A stretch of 64,000 nt of DNA from Candidatus Gottesmanbacteria bacterium (GCA_023245355.1 JAHFKN010000002.1:8460-72459), one strand, 5' to 3'; counted from the first letter of the stretch, positions 19,622 to 30,024 are shown. The notes: generated from the sequence alone by a model not told the origin. Translations and numbers: made by a program.

Positions 19622-20575
19622 TCAGAATAACACCTGTTGCTGCTCCGTTTTTTCCGGCTGTTTTTTTCCTGAAACAGATTCGTGTTTCCCCGTCTTTTTT
19701 ACCAGGGGTTCGTTTGTTAAACGCCGAAGCAGAGACGGAAAATGCAGCGACTCAAGAATCGTTCTCACGGCAGCCGTGTCGAGCGAACTGATGCGTGCTG
19801 CATCCGGATCGAACACAATCGGGGCATCGGTGCGGATGGTAGCCAGGCGTTTCCCCAAAAACGCACTCTCTTTTCCTGCCAGAAGCTTCGCCCGTGTTGC
19901 ATCTCCTGAAACGGCAGGAATATCAGCATAAATACGTTCCACGGATCCAAACTGGGTAAGAAGCTGTACGGCCGTCTTCGGACCGATTCCTGCAACCCCG
20001 GGATAATTATCCGACGCGTCCCCCATCAGGGCCTTTAAATCCGCGATGAGTTTCGGAGGTAATCCCATGCGCTCCGTTGCTTCCTTTTCCCCGTATAATT
20101 TCCCCTCGGACAATCCTTTCGTCGGCATGAACAGTAACACCTTCTCATCGTTCACTAACTGCAAAATATCCCGGTCCCCGGTTATGATCACCACCTGATC
20201 GATTGCGCGGGCATCAACCTGACGGCAGATCGTTCCGATCACGTCGTCTGCCTCAAATCCGTCGCTTTCAAAAATCGGTATCCCGAAGGCTGCAACCGTA
20301 TCGTGCACCAAGGGAATCTGGCTCACAAAGTCATCCTCCATCTTTGGCCGCTGTGTCTGATATGCTGCAAATAATTTTTCACGGAATGTAGGCCCCGGAC
20401 GGTCAAATGCGACCGTCATATGGGTAGGTTTCAAATCCTGAAAAATCTTGAGGACCATCGAAACAAATCCGTACACGATATGAACCGGCCTGCCGTCCGG
20501 TGCCGTAAGCGGAGGAAGCGCATGATATGCGCGGTGCATAACTGCATTGCCGTCAATCAGTACCAATCGGTTCAT
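19622..20575 (-). CDS. 5'-3' exonuclease (FEN/Pol I N-terminal-domain family)
   Basis: PIN-like metal site residues and H3TH region GDASDNYPGVAGIGPKTA. Confidence 0.8.
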   Translation of the reverse strand: MNRLVLIDGNAVMHRAYHALPPLTAPDGRPVHIVYGFVSMVLKIFQDLKPTHMTVAFDRPGPTFREKLFAAYQTQRPKMEDDFVSQIPLVHDTVAAFGIPIFESDGFEADDVIGTICRQVDARAIDQVVIITGDRDILQLVNDEKVLLFMPTKGLSEGKLYGEKEATERMGLPPKLIADLKALMGDASDNYPGVAGIGPKTAVQLLTQFGSVERIYADIPAVSGDATRAKLLAGKESAFLGKRLATIRTDAPIVFDPDAARISSLDTAAVRTILESLHFPSLLRRLTNEPLVKKTGKHESVSGKKQPEKTEQQQVLF

Positions 20576-20581
20576 GGAGTA

Positions 20582-22474
20582 TCAGATGCTCCGCTTTTTT
20601 TCGCTCCCTAAGAGCGCGGAAAAATCATCGCCTTCGAGGGTTTCTTTTTTGATGAGCGCTTCAGCGACTACATCCAGGTCTTTCCGGTATTTTTTAACGA
20701 GCGAAAGTGCCTGCGCGTATGCGACATCGATAAATTTTTTCACTTCACGGTCTATGGCCGACTGCATCTCCTGTGACACCTGCTGCTGTTCATAAAATCC
20801 TTTTCCCCAATCAGTCACGTCGGCAATCGGTCCGAAATTGATGGGGCCCAAATCGCTCATCCCCCACTCGGTCACCATAAACCGGGCGATACGGGTTGCC
20901 TGATCGATATCATTGGCAGCTCCGCTCGTAATCTCCTTAAACACCACCTGCTCTGCCGCCCGGCCGCCCATGGTCATCGCCATCTCCTCAATGAGGCGCG
21001 ATTTTGTTTCATGAAGGCGGTCTTTTTCCGGAGGAGCCATGGTAAACCCGAGTGCCATACCGCGGGAAACGATACTGATGCGGTGTACGGGATCCAGGTG
21101 CGGACTGTAATAATTGACGACTGCGTGCCCGGCCTCATGATATGCAGTCATTTTCCGGTCCAAATCGCTCTGCAGACGCTTTTTTTCCGGACCAAGTTTC
21201 ACTTTGGTTGCAGCTTCCTCGATATCGGCCATATCAATTTCTTTTTTGGCGCCCCGGGCGGCGTGGATAGCAGCTTCGTTCAGCATATTTTCAAGATCAG
21301 CGCCTGAAAATCCTACGGTGCGTTTTGCGACTTTATCCCAATTCACGTTTGTCCCGAACGGCTTGCCTTTGGCATGAATTGCCAGAATATCTTTCCGTCC
21401 TTCAAGATCAGGCAGGTCCAACACCACCCGGCGGTCAAACCGGCCGGGTCTTGTGAGCGCCGGATCCAGGAGATCTCCGCGGTTTGTTGCGGCTACAATC
21501 AATACGGCCGTACTCGGTTCAAACCCGTCCATTTCCACAAGAATCTGATTGAGTGTCTGTTCCCTCTCATCATGTCCGCCCATAACACCCACGCTGCGCA
21601 TGCGGCCGATCGCATCTACTTCATCGATGAAAATAATTGCCGGTGCATTTTTCTTGGCCTGGGCAAAAAGATCCCGCACCCGGGCCGCTCCGACCCCGAC
21701 TAACATCTCCATAAATTCGCTTCCTGCAATCGAGTAAAAAGCGGTTCTCGCCTCTCCCGCCATCGCTTTGGCAAGAAGCGTTTTCCCGGTTCCTGACGGG
21801 CCTACCAGAATGACACCTTTCGGAGTACGCGCGCCTAGTGACGTGTATTTTGTGGGATTTTTCAGAAAGTCGACGACTTCTTCAAGTTCTTTTTTTGCTT
21901 CATCAACTCCGGCGACATCTTTAAACGTCACTTTCGGCAGATCCTTATTCCATACCCTCGCTTTGCTTTGACCGAATGAAAATATATTATCCTGGGCTCC
22001 CCTGGCCTGCCGGAACAGAAAAAGAAAAAATACGACCGTAAGGACAAGCGGGAGCACGTTGGAAATAATTCCCAACCAGATGGCACCCATGCTCAGATCT
22101 TTTATCGTAATTTCGACACTCTTAGGATCAACGCCGGACTTTTCTAACACGCTGATAAGGGAATCCTGCGACTCCTTGGTGGATGTGTATTTCGACCCGT
22201 CCTTATTGATAATGATGAGTTTGGAATCTTCGACGTCGATTGCTTTTATTTTCCCTTCTCTGACATCCGAAACGACAGAGGAAAGCGGCTTCATATCGGA
22301 TTGCCCGGTTTGTCCCAGGTTTGAAATCAGAGAAAACACAAAAAACAGCACAAACAACCCGATGACAACGTTTTTGAAATTGAGCTGCATCTGGATCTGG
22401 AAGACTTTTTTCTGTTTCTTGCCGTTGCCGTTTTTTTTGCCGGCATGTAGGTGTTTTTCTGCCATACGAGCCAC
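20582..22474 (-). CDS. ftsH: ATP-dependent zinc metalloprotease FtsH
   Basis: AAA module [16 protein letters not shown], and zinc site HEAGHAVV. Confidence 0.95.
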   Translation of the reverse strand: MARMAEKHLHAGKKNGNGKKQKKVFQIQMQLNFKNVVIGLFVLFFVFSLISNLGQTGQSDMKPLSSVVSDVREGKIKAIDVEDSKLIIINKDGSKYTSTKESQDSLISVLEKSGVDPKSVEITIKDLSMGAIWLGIISNVLPLVLTVVFFLFLFRQARGAQDNIFSFGQSKARVWNKDLPKVTFKDVAGVDEAKKELEEVVDFLKNPTKYTSLGARTPKGVILVGPSGTGKTLLAKAMAGEARTAFYSIAGSEFMEMLVGVGAARVRDLFAQAKKNAPAIIFIDEVDAIGRMRSVGVMGGHDEREQTLNQILVEMDGFEPSTAVLIVAATNRGDLLDPALTRPGRFDRRVVLDLPDLEGRKDILAIHAKGKPFGTNVNWDKVAKRTVGFSGADLENMLNEAAIHAARGAKKEIDMADIEEAATKVKLGPEKKRLQSDLDRKMTAYHEAGHAVVNYYSPHLDPVHRISIVSRGMALGFTMAPPEKDRLHETKSRLIEEMAMTMGGRAAEQVVFKEITSGAANDIDQATRIARFMVTEWGMSDLGPINFGPIADVTDWGKGFYEQQQVSQEMQSAIDREVKKFIDVAYAQALSLVKKYRKDLDVVAEALIKKETLEGDDFSALLGSEKKRSI

Positions 22475-22516
22475 AAGTATATCACGTTCACTGCTAGAGA
22501 ATCACACCGAAACGGA

Positions 22517-23896
22517 TTACCGGATTTTCGATCCTATCGGCATGCCCTCCGCGGAAATAAACTGCGGCCTATTGTCCGCTCCGTCAACTGCCAGGATCAT
22601 CCCCTGACTCTCTTCCCCCATCATCTTCCGGTACATGAGGTTGGTGATAAACAAAAACTTTTTACCGGAAAAATCTTCAGGCGTGTATCCGAACCCCCGC
22701 ACGCCGGTAAACACAATACGGGGTACGGTTTCGCCGATGTCGACAACCAGACGGATCAGCTTATCACTCCCCTCTTTGTTCTTCGCTTCCGTCACGTGCC
22801 CCACCCGGATTTCCATACGTGCGAATTCATCTATGGAAACACTGGAACCTGATTCCGGTTTCTGATATTGGAAAAATGAATACTGTGTCGTAATGCCGGT
22901 GACGAGTCTCACGTCGGTCATGGTCCGTGTGGCAACCTGCATGGCCGCAGCCTGACCGCGCGAAAGTATGTCTTTCACCATACCCGGATTATTCTTTAAC
23001 TCATCGTATGCGGTTCTCGCAGCGCCGAAAAACGTCATAAGGCTGTCAAACAGATATTCCTTCACCTCAACGTCGGATACTGACCCTGCTCTATAGTCAT
23101 CTTTAAGCGATTTCACCCGTACAGGATCACCGAAGAAATCAAGATACGCAAAAACCATATTTCCTTCAATGTGCCCCGGGTCCGTTGCGTGTCCCCGAGT
23201 CGGGTCCGTATAGGTACCCATCACCTGTTTTCTGATCACGTCTTCGGACTCAAATATGGAAATCACGTTCCCCAGACTCTTACTCATTTTCCGTTTTCCG
23301 TCGGTACCCATGACAACAGCGACTTCATCAGGTATATACCCGTCCGGCAACCGAAACACATCCTTTTTGTAAATTCTGTTAAACCGTCCGGCGATATCAC
23401 GCGTAATTTCAATATGCTGCTTCTGATCTTTCCCGACAGGCACGAGATCCGGTCTGTACAGAAGAATGTCTGCCGCCATAAGCATCGGATAGCTGAACAG
23501 TCCGACATTTATGTCATCTTCCATCACGTCTTTTTGGAGTTTGTCTTTATACGCATGCGCGCGCTTTAAAAGCCCTAACGGCGTTACGTTGTTAAGGACA
23601 GACTGGCACTCCGTATGCATCGGCACGTCGGATTGCCGGAAGAAAACAATGCTGCGGAACTGCTCTTCCGTTAAAAATCCCCTGAGCAAGGCAAGCTCAT
23701 TTAACACCAGCGTTTCGATGTTGTGCTGCAGTTGTTTTTTATCCTGAATGGTCGTCAACCCGTGAAGGTCAGCTACCATCAGGTATGTTTCGTTGGATTT
23801 GGCAAGCTCGATAAACTGCCGTACGGCCCCCAAATAGTTACCTATATGAAGGCTTCCGTCCCCGCTCGGTGTAATGCCTGATAATAATCGTTTCAT
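22517..23896 (-). CDS. trpS: Tryptophan--tRNA ligase with C-terminal Myf/EMAP-like tRNA-binding domain
   Basis: SGITPSGDGSLHIGNYLGA class I motif and KMSKS. About 110 extra C-terminal residues (RVGHVTEAKNKEGSDKLIRLVVDIGE) resemble the OB-fold tRNA-binding domain. Confidence 0.85.
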   Translation of the reverse strand: MKRLLSGITPSGDGSLHIGNYLGAVRQFIELAKSNETYLMVADLHGLTTIQDKKQLQHNIETLVLNELALLRGFLTEEQFRSIVFFRQSDVPMHTECQSVLNNVTPLGLLKRAHAYKDKLQKDVMEDDINVGLFSYPMLMAADILLYRPDLVPVGKDQKQHIEITRDIAGRFNRIYKKDVFRLPDGYIPDEVAVVMGTDGKRKMSKSLGNVISIFESEDVIRKQVMGTYTDPTRGHATDPGHIEGNMVFAYLDFFGDPVRVKSLKDDYRAGSVSDVEVKEYLFDSLMTFFGAARTAYDELKNNPGMVKDILSRGQAAAMQVATRTMTDVRLVTGITTQYSFFQYQKPESGSSVSIDEFARMEIRVGHVTEAKNKEGSDKLIRLVVDIGETVPRIVFTGVRGFGYTPEDFSGKKFLFITNLMYRKMMGEESQGMILAVDGADNRPQFISAEGMPIGSKIR

Positions 23897-23964
23897 ACAT
23901 TTCCTCCTTTGCATTGTATCACGTGATTCCTGCCCGGAAACCGGGCAGGAATCATGTACCGTTT

Positions 23965-25275
23965 TTATGTGTATAGCCCTCCCTGCAGAAATTCTTCATA
24001 TGCCCCGAGATCCAGCAGCCCGTGCCCGGAAAGATTAAACAGTATGACCGTCCTCTTTCCCTCCTTTTTCGCGCGCGCAGCCTCAGAGATTACCTGTGCG
24101 ATAGCGTGCGAGGATTCCGGCGCCGGAATAATCCCTTCTGCTTGCGCAAATATCTCTGCCGCCCGGAAGCACTGCTGCTGACTGAAGGCCGCCGCTTCAA
24201 TAAGCTTCTTATGATACAGGAAGCTGATAAGCGGCGAGTCTCCGTGATACCGCAATCCCCCCGCATGAATTGCAGGCGGAACGAAATCGCTTCCGACCGT
24301 ATACATTTTCATGAGCGGTGTCATACCCGCAGAATCGCCGGAGTCATACCGGTACTCACCGCAAGTTAGCGACGGGCACGCCTTGGGTTCTACCGCCACC
24401 ACGCGGAGCGCGTTTCTTTTTCCGGACAGCTTGTCTGCCAGGAACGGGAAACTGATGCCCGCAAGGTTGCTCCCTCCCCCGCAACAACCGATAACGACAT
24501 CGGGGACAACATCCTCTTTCATAAGCTGCAGCTTTGCTTCCTGTCCGATAATGGTCTGATGAAGCAGCACGTGATTTAACACGCTTCCCAATGCGTAATG
24601 CGCTCCTTCAGTCGTTGCCGCCACTTCCACCGCTTCCGATATCGCCATTCCGAGACTCCCTGTTGTTTTGGAATCCTTCAGAAGAAACGCGGTGCCGGAC
24701 TTCGTTTCCCGTGACGGACTCGCAGTTACTTCTGCTCCATATAAATGCATGACGGTTTTTCGGTACGGCTTCTGCGCGTATGAACTTTTAACCATAAACA
24801 CCTTGCACTTCATATCGAAAAGTTTGCAGGCGAGTGCAAGTGCCGATCCCCACTGTCCCGCCCCTGTTTCGGTCGTTAACATGCGGACGCCCTCTTTTTT
24901 GTTGTAGTACGCCTGCGCGAGCGCCGTATTGAGTTTATGGCTCCCGACCGGAGATACTCCTTCGTATTTGAAGTATATCCGCGCCGGAGTGCCTAATACT
25001 TTTTCCAGCCGCCTCGCCCGTAGTAACGGCGTAGGCCGGTACATTTTGTATAATTCCTGCACCTCCTCCGGAATCGGCACGAATTCTTCAAGCGTTACCT
25101 CCTGCCTGATCAATTCCTGCGGAAACAACCGGGCAAGCGCGTCCGGTCCGATCGGCTGTTTCGTTTTCGGATCCAGCGGAGGCTCCGGCAGTTCATGCAG
25201 ATATTTGTTTAGGTAATAGGAAATATTCAGATACGAATCCGGTATCTCCTGCTTATGATTTATTTGTATGTTCAT
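23965..25275 (-). CDS. trpB2: TrpB2-type tryptophan synthase beta-like PLP enzyme
   Basis: 436 aa with an N-terminal extension typical of TrpB2, PLP lysine region VGSHKLNTA, and a Gly-rich loop GCCGGGSN. Confidence 0.85.
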   Translation of the reverse strand: MNIQINHKQEIPDSYLNISYYLNKYLHELPEPPLDPKTKQPIGPDALARLFPQELIRQEVTLEEFVPIPEEVQELYKMYRPTPLLRARRLEKVLGTPARIYFKYEGVSPVGSHKLNTALAQAYYNKKEGVRMLTTETGAGQWGSALALACKLFDMKCKVFMVKSSYAQKPYRKTVMHLYGAEVTASPSRETKSGTAFLLKDSKTTGSLGMAISEAVEVAATTEGAHYALGSVLNHVLLHQTIIGQEAKLQLMKEDVVPDVVIGCCGGGSNLAGISFPFLADKLSGKRNALRVVAVEPKACPSLTCGEYRYDSGDSAGMTPLMKMYTVGSDFVPPAIHAGGLRYHGDSPLISFLYHKKLIEAAAFSQQQCFRAAEIFAQAEGIIPAPESSHAIAQVISEAARAKKEGKRTVILFNLSGHGLLDLGAYEEFLQGGLYT

Positions 25276-25386
25276 ATGTAATTCCTTTCATAAAATTTTT
25301 GTATTTCACCCGCAGCACAACACATGAGCGTATTGCGCCAATACTCCCTCCCCCGGCTTTTCCAAAACATATACGTATGCATAGTG

Positions 25387-25788
25387 TTACTCCAGTAATT
25401 CCTTTATCCGTATTACCCGCATTATTCTCCCGCCCGCGACAACATGGCGTGTCGTTTTTGACGGAAACAGCTTCCCGGATACCGCCATTTCCACGACATA
25501 GCGTTTCAGTATGCCCGGCAGCATTTCTTTTCTGCGCAGGTACACTCTGATACCGGCATCCTTGTACCGGACATACAACACCGGTACCCGTTTTGCTCCC
25601 AGTTCCCGCAGCACGCGGACGCGGTGGTGACCGTCCAGAATCACGCGTGACGTTCTGTCAACAATCACGGGTTTTCTGATCACCTGCTGTGCACACATGC
25701 GTGCACGTACCGTTTGCAGACGTACCGGATCAGTCTGCTCGTGCGCGATAAGTTTGTTTATATCAACCAGCGTAATATGTGTATTCAT
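25387..25788 (-). CDS. ParB/Srx-like nuclease-domain protein
   Basis: ILDGHHRVRVLRELG motif. Start chosen at MNTHIT, which has a GGAG Shine-Dalgarno. The ORF track extends to 25830 with a TTG start. Confidence 0.6.
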   Translation of the reverse strand: MNTHITLVDINKLIAHEQTDPVRLQTVRARMCAQQVIRKPVIVDRTSRVILDGHHRVRVLRELGAKRVPVLYVRYKDAGIRVYLRRKEMLPGILKRYVVEMAVSGKLFPSKTTRHVVAGGRIMRVIRIKELLE

Positions 25789-25813
25789 ACGTGCTCCGAT
25801 TCTTTTCCCCCAC

Positions 25814-25866
25814 AAAAAAAGCCCCTGCAAATTCCTCAGGATTATCCTGAAAAACTTGCAGGGGCC
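25814..25866 (-). terminator. Intrinsic terminator/attenuator hairpin on minus strand, immediately upstream of the ParB-like gene
   Basis: Minus-strand RNA GGCCCCUGCAAG...CUUGCAGGGGC (10-bp GC-rich stem with an inner CAGGA/UCCUG stem) followed by UUUUUUU. It lies about 25 nt before the ParB-like SD. Confidence 0.6.
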
Positions 25867-26169
25867 TTCTTACGGCGGTGCCACCCTGCTTCATATTACC
25901 CTCTGCCTACAAATAACCCCGATCAGATCGGGGCGTCAGCTGAGGATAACCTCATTCTTGACGAGCTCCGTTTGTGTACGACACTCGTTCCTGTCTGTTG
26001 ACGGTTTCGGCTCCGTACAAAACATCTCTAAAGGAGAGTAGCTTTGTCAGCGCTTCCCTAAAAAACCGGGAATGAGGAAATCCCAATCAATCTCCTCATG
26101 CGCTTTTATGTACTTGTGGCATATAGTATACCATGTACGTCAATTTTTCGTGCGTTTTGGTACCATAGA

Positions 26170-26736
26170 GCTATGTCCGTTTTGTCTATCCGAATCACGC
26201 TTATTATCTGTCACATATTCATCACGCTGTTGTGGGCAATAACCAGCCGGGGCAGAAATACGGCAAATTTCTTCGGATTGTTCCGTCAAACCAAATCAAT
26301 TCCCATTGTTCTGTTTGAATGCTTCGGTTTTGCACAGGTACTCCTGCTCCCCTACCTTGCGTTTTCCATGAAGACGGAGAGCATGCCAACGGTAAAATTA
26401 ATCGGCCTTCTCCTGGCTCTCTTCGGCACATTGCTGGCTTCCTGGGCAAAAATCGTCATGGGGAAAAACTGGGGCCGGCCTGCGCAGCATGACAAAACAA
26501 TACAATCCAGACTCGTTACCGGCGGACCGTTTGCCTACTCCCGAAACCCTATTTATGTCGGATTGCTGTTGTTGTTTCTCGGGCAACAGGCAGCACTGCA
26601 AAGTTATGGAATTTTCCTTATATTCCTGTTTGCGTACGCAGTCAGGCGTGCGGTTTCCCGAGAAGAACAGCTGCTGACAAAATTCTTCGGACAGTCATAT
26701 CGTACCTATATACACAAAGTTCCGCGGTTTTTCTGA
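26170..26736 (+). CDS. Isoprenylcysteine carboxyl methyltransferase (ICMT)/phospholipid methyltransferase-family membrane protein
   Basis: C-terminal GPFAYSRNPIYVG...RREEQLL motif in a polytopic protein. The ORF could start at 26098. Confidence 0.6.
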   Translation, partial: AMSVLSIRITLIICHIFITLLWAITSRGRNTANFFGLFRQTKSIPIVLFECFGFAQVLLLPYLAFSMKTESMPTVKLIGLLLALFGTLLASWAKIVMGKNWGRPAQHDKTIQSRLVTGGPFAYSRNPIYVGLLLLFLGQQAALQSYGIFLIFLFAYAVRRAVSREEQLLTKFFGQSYRTYIHKVPRFF

Positions 26737-26757
26737 CCTGCTACAATACATATCTGT

Positions 26758-27045
26758 ATGGACATCGGTAAATTCTCCTACTACGCACGCAAAATTCACA
26801 GGCTCCTTATGCTATTTATCGTCGTATTAGGCCTTGTCCAGATGGTCACGGGGATGAGCATGAAATATCCGGGTATGATTCCTTTTATTGATCCTACGGC
26901 TGCCAGACTGCTTCACAGTCAGACGGCAACATATTTTTCCGTCGTGTTCGGCCTCCAGATGATTACCGGGCTCGTTATGTACCTTGCTCCCACGCTTATT
27001 AAGACATTCCGCAAACCTCCGAAGAACACTGACCTTCCGAATTAA
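26758..27045 (+). CDS. Small membrane protein
   Basis: 95 aa with hydrophobic helices. Confidence 0.3.
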   Translation: MDIGKFSYYARKIHRLLMLFIVVLGLVQMVTGMSMKYPGMIPFIDPTAARLLHSQTATYFSVVFGLQMITGLVMYLAPTLIKTFRKPPKNTDLPN

Positions 27046-27067
27046 CTTTGCGCAGCCTCCTTTGAAC

Positions 27068-27076
27068 TGATATAAT
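27068..27076 (+). promoter_or_regulatory. Extended -10 promoter element (TGaTATAAT) upstream of tRNA
   Basis: cTGaTATAAT lies 22 nt upstream of the mature tRNA 5' end. Confidence 0.4.
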
Positions 27077-27098
27077 CCCCTTGTACTCATATACGTAC

Positions 27099-27171
27099 CG
27101 CGGGGTAGTGTAAAGTTGCACAGGAGGCTCATAATCTCCTAGGCTGGGTGCGATTCCCAGCCCCGCAACCA
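27099..27171 (+). tRNA. tRNA-Met (anticodon CAT), initiator-like C1-A72 mismatch, encoded CCA
   Basis: Acceptor CGCGGGG/CCCCGCA, anticodon loop CUCAUAA, T-stem CUGGG/CCCAG, ends ACCA. The 5'/3' ends resemble E. coli tRNA-fMet, but the anticodon stem lacks the three consecutive G-C pairs and the T-loop is TGCGATT. Confidence 0.7.
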
Positions 27172-27174
27172 AAG

Positions 27175-27209
27175 AAAATCAGACTCCAACAGTGAGTCTG
27201 ATTTTGTAT
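27175..27209. terminator. Bidirectional intrinsic terminator
   Basis: Perfect 12-bp inverted repeat AAAATCAGACTC / GAGTCTGATTTT with a 7-nt loop. A-run before and T-run after. Sits between the tRNA (+) and the sulfatase-like gene (-). Confidence 0.7.
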
Positions 27210-27242
27210 TCGGCCGTTATATAAAACTCATCCGGAATTCCG

Positions 27243-28778
27243 TTAAAAATATCCCCGTTCGATAAGTTTTTCCCGTGTACCAGGCGCGTACTTAAATCCT
27301 TCAAACGGTTGATATCCGTTCAGATCCAAAACAATACGGGAATTCAGTATTCCGAAGTAATACCGGGCTATATCAGGTTTACGCATAATAATATCCGTAA
27401 ACTCCCCCGGATCACGTTTCAGATCATACAATGCCACACGCCTGGCCCGGCTATCAACCATGAGTTTATACGACGGGTCTTGGATGGCATAAAAATATCC
27501 GTTATTCATGGATATGGCGTAATCAGCAACGCGTGCCGATGAATCTTCCAAAGATAAACGGAGTGATTTCCCCTGAATACCGGTAGGTACTACCCCAAGC
27601 GTTATATCGGAAAGCGTCGGAAACAGATCGAGATTTTCCGTCACTGCGGAAGTAACGTTCCCTGCGTATCCCGGAATCCGGATAGCAAGCGGCACATGAT
27701 ACGCCTCGTTATACACACCATTATAGTGTCCGAACATCGCATGTTCACCAAACGCCTCCCCATGAGATGAGGTAAGCACAATAACGGTTCGTGAAGCTAT
27801 GTCAGGACGAAGAAGATACTCGGTCAATGACTTCATCTTTGCATCAAGCGCAAACACCTTCGATTCATACATCATCGTAAGATAAAGAGCGTCATCAGGA
27901 CTATGGAAATCTATATACTGCAGATAGGCGTCGCGCTTTGTCCAAAACGGATTTGGCAACCGCTCAACATCCCGATTCCGTTCAAGGAATTTAAAATACG
28001 CGATTATCTCACCCGGATCTTGCCTCCTGAACATGTTTGCGTTCTCGCGCACTGCTGTTTCGGAAAATATTTCTGTTGCGTGACGCCGGACATATTGTTC
28101 CCATATGGGCACAAATTCCGGATACGTATTCGGCAGCCCTTTCGGGCTCTTGAGAGATCGTAACGGCGTTTCTCCCGGCAACAACAGGTACGGCAAATGC
28201 ATGGTAGAAATATATCCATGGAAAAAATACGGCCGGCGGGATTGTTCCAGCTTACTGATTATTGCCGGCCATTCAGACTGCAGGTCCGCATTGTATGAGG
28301 TGAAATCGTACCCCGGGTGACCGTGGCTATCCTCGGAAAACGTATTGTAATCGCGTACGTACCCCGCATATGCGGTCTGATACCTGTGATTCTGAAAATA
28401 CTGCGCCATGGTTGGGACTGACGCGCTGAGAATATCCTGACTCCACCCGACCAAAGACCGGTTCGGATATAACGACGTGATCATGGAATATTCGCTGGGG
28501 GCAGTCCAGGGAGCCTGACTGAATGCGTTCGTAAAATACACACTTTGCCGGACCAGGGTACAGAGATTGGGTGTTATTGTATTCCCCTCCCCTAAACACC
28601 GTATGGCATCCGACCGTAATCCATCAATATCAATGATTACTACGTTACAGTTTCGGCATGAGGAATTTCCCCGCGTACGACGGACTACACCAAGTATCGC
28701 TGCGCAAACACCCACGATCAACAACGCGTATATACATATCCTCAATAGGTTCACTGTCGGTGTATGTTTCATATGCAA
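27243..28778 (-). CDS. Sulfatase/alkaline-phosphatase-superfamily membrane-anchored protein
   Basis: N-terminal TM, VVIIDIDGLRSDAI metal-site region and LTSSHGEAFGEH. Confidence 0.6.
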   Translation of the reverse strand: MHMKHTPTVNLLRICIYALLIVGVCAAILGVVRRTRGNSSCRNCNVVIIDIDGLRSDAIRCLGEGNTITPNLCTLVRQSVYFTNAFSQAPWTAPSEYSMITSLYPNRSLVGWSQDILSASVPTMAQYFQNHRYQTAYAGYVRDYNTFSEDSHGHPGYDFTSYNADLQSEWPAIISKLEQSRRPYFFHGYISTMHLPYLLLPGETPLRSLKSPKGLPNTYPEFVPIWEQYVRRHATEIFSETAVRENANMFRRQDPGEIIAYFKFLERNRDVERLPNPFWTKRDAYLQYIDFHSPDDALYLTMMYESKVFALDAKMKSLTEYLLRPDIASRTVIVLTSSHGEAFGEHAMFGHYNGVYNEAYHVPLAIRIPGYAGNVTSAVTENLDLFPTLSDITLGVVPTGIQGKSLRLSLEDSSARVADYAISMNNGYFYAIQDPSYKLMVDSRARRVALYDLKRDPGEFTDIIMRKPDIARYYFGILNSRIVLDLNGYQPFEGFKYAPGTREKLIERGYF

Positions 28779-28781
28779 TTG

Positions 28782-29780
28782 TTATTGAGGAATCAGCACG
28801 GTTCCGAATGCATTCATAAAATCCTTTACCATGCGTGTGGTAGCGTTTCCGTTCGGATGAACACCGTCAACGGCATATTCCTTTCCATAATCCACAACAA
28901 TCGCGGAAGAACTCGCGGTTTTTCCGTCTGTCTGATAGTCACGGACAGCCATCTGATAATTTATTTCGAAGAGCTCGGCATGATGTGCCGTAACGTATTG
29001 TTTCATCTCCTGATAAATACGTTTTGACAATGCATCTTTTGCATTACTTTTCTGACTCATGACCTCCCCTACCCGACGCACCAGCAAACGGAGCCTTGGT
29101 TCATCGTAGGTTTCAAAACGTTCAGGCGGATGCATGAGCACCAGCTGATTATTGACGAGAGAAAAAACAGGTTTCGTTCCGGTAAGTTTACTGCAGGGGA
29201 AAAACGCACGCCTATCCCGGTTCACATTCCGGTAATCCTGATCTTCGTGAATATCCACGATGACATAGCGGGGGTTATATTTGGGTATAAGCTGCTGCAG
29301 GCGCAGGTATACCTGATCTAGTCCGTATCCCTGTACCGCAAAATTCAGCACGTTATACGTGTCGTGCAGCTGTACGGCAAGTTTATGCCCGAATGTTTCG
29401 TCAAAATCCAACCCATGACCGAACAAAAACGAATCTCCCACAATCAGGATAAAGGGCTTTTTATAATCGGGTTCATCAGCGACTGATTGCGCCCGGTATC
29501 CTTCTTTGCTGAATGTGTACGTTTTATTATCCCAATGATTCACGGAGCGCGAGGGTGCATAACTCCACCCAAGCTGCGGATCATATCTGCCGATCTGATA
29601 TTCGGCAACCTCATCCATTTTCCTGCAGCCGATATACGGATAATTGAGTAGCCGCAGCAGTACTTCAAATGTCCCCACGGAGCAAAGAAAAATCACAAAT
29701 CCTAACAAGAAGCGTTTTACGGGCATATTTTTGAAGCTGCGGTTGCTTTTTTCCAGCATATCATAGATATATAAAACCAT
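28782..29780 (-). CDS. SGNH/GDSL-like hydrolase, membrane-anchored
   Basis: N-terminal TM and FILIVGDSFLFGHGL (GDS block). Alternative start at 29726. Confidence 0.5.
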   Translation of the reverse strand: MVLYIYDMLEKSNRSFKNMPVKRFLLGFVIFLCSVGTFEVLLRLLNYPYIGCRKMDEVAEYQIGRYDPQLGWSYAPSRSVNHWDNKTYTFSKEGYRAQSVADEPDYKKPFILIVGDSFLFGHGLDFDETFGHKLAVQLHDTYNVLNFAVQGYGLDQVYLRLQQLIPKYNPRYVIVDIHEDQDYRNVNRDRRAFFPCSKLTGTKPVFSLVNNQLVLMHPPERFETYDEPRLRLLVRRVGEVMSQKSNAKDALSKRIYQEMKQYVTAHHAELFEINYQMAVRDYQTDGKTASSSAIVVDYGKEYAVDGVHPNGNATTRMVKDFMNAFGTVLIPQ

Positions 29781-30024
29781 GTGGTACGTTTACGTCCTTC
29801 TTTGTTCCGATTTATCGCTGTATACGGGCAGTACAAACAATATCGAAAAGCGTTTTCACAATCATCTACACGGCAAAGGCGGTGCGTATACCCGTTCGCA
29901 TACACCGGTAAAAATTCTCCATACCGAATCTGTTGCAACCAAATCAGAGGCACTCAAACGCGAAGCCTATATCAAACGTCTGACGCGGAAAATGAAAATA
30001 CGGGAGCTGAACCTCTCACTGTAA
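29779..30024 (+). CDS. GIY-YIG nuclease-family small protein (UPF0213-like)
   Basis: VYVLLC...LYTGSTNNIEKRFHNH...KILHTE: GIY-YIG core in an 81-aa stand-alone protein. Confidence 0.75.
   Translation: MWYVYVLLCSDLSLYTGSTNNIEKRFHNHLHGKGGAYTRSHTPVKILHTESVATKSEALKREAYIKRLTRKMKIRELNLSL

Noticed and set aside
25831-26100. Possible SRP RNA, 6S RNA or RNase P RNA in the ParB-like upstream region
   Set aside because: I could not find the conserved SRP domain IV (GGAAGCAGC in context), RNase P CR-I/CR-V blocks or tmRNA ends. It is kept as a generic structured leader or sRNA candidate rather than a named RNA.
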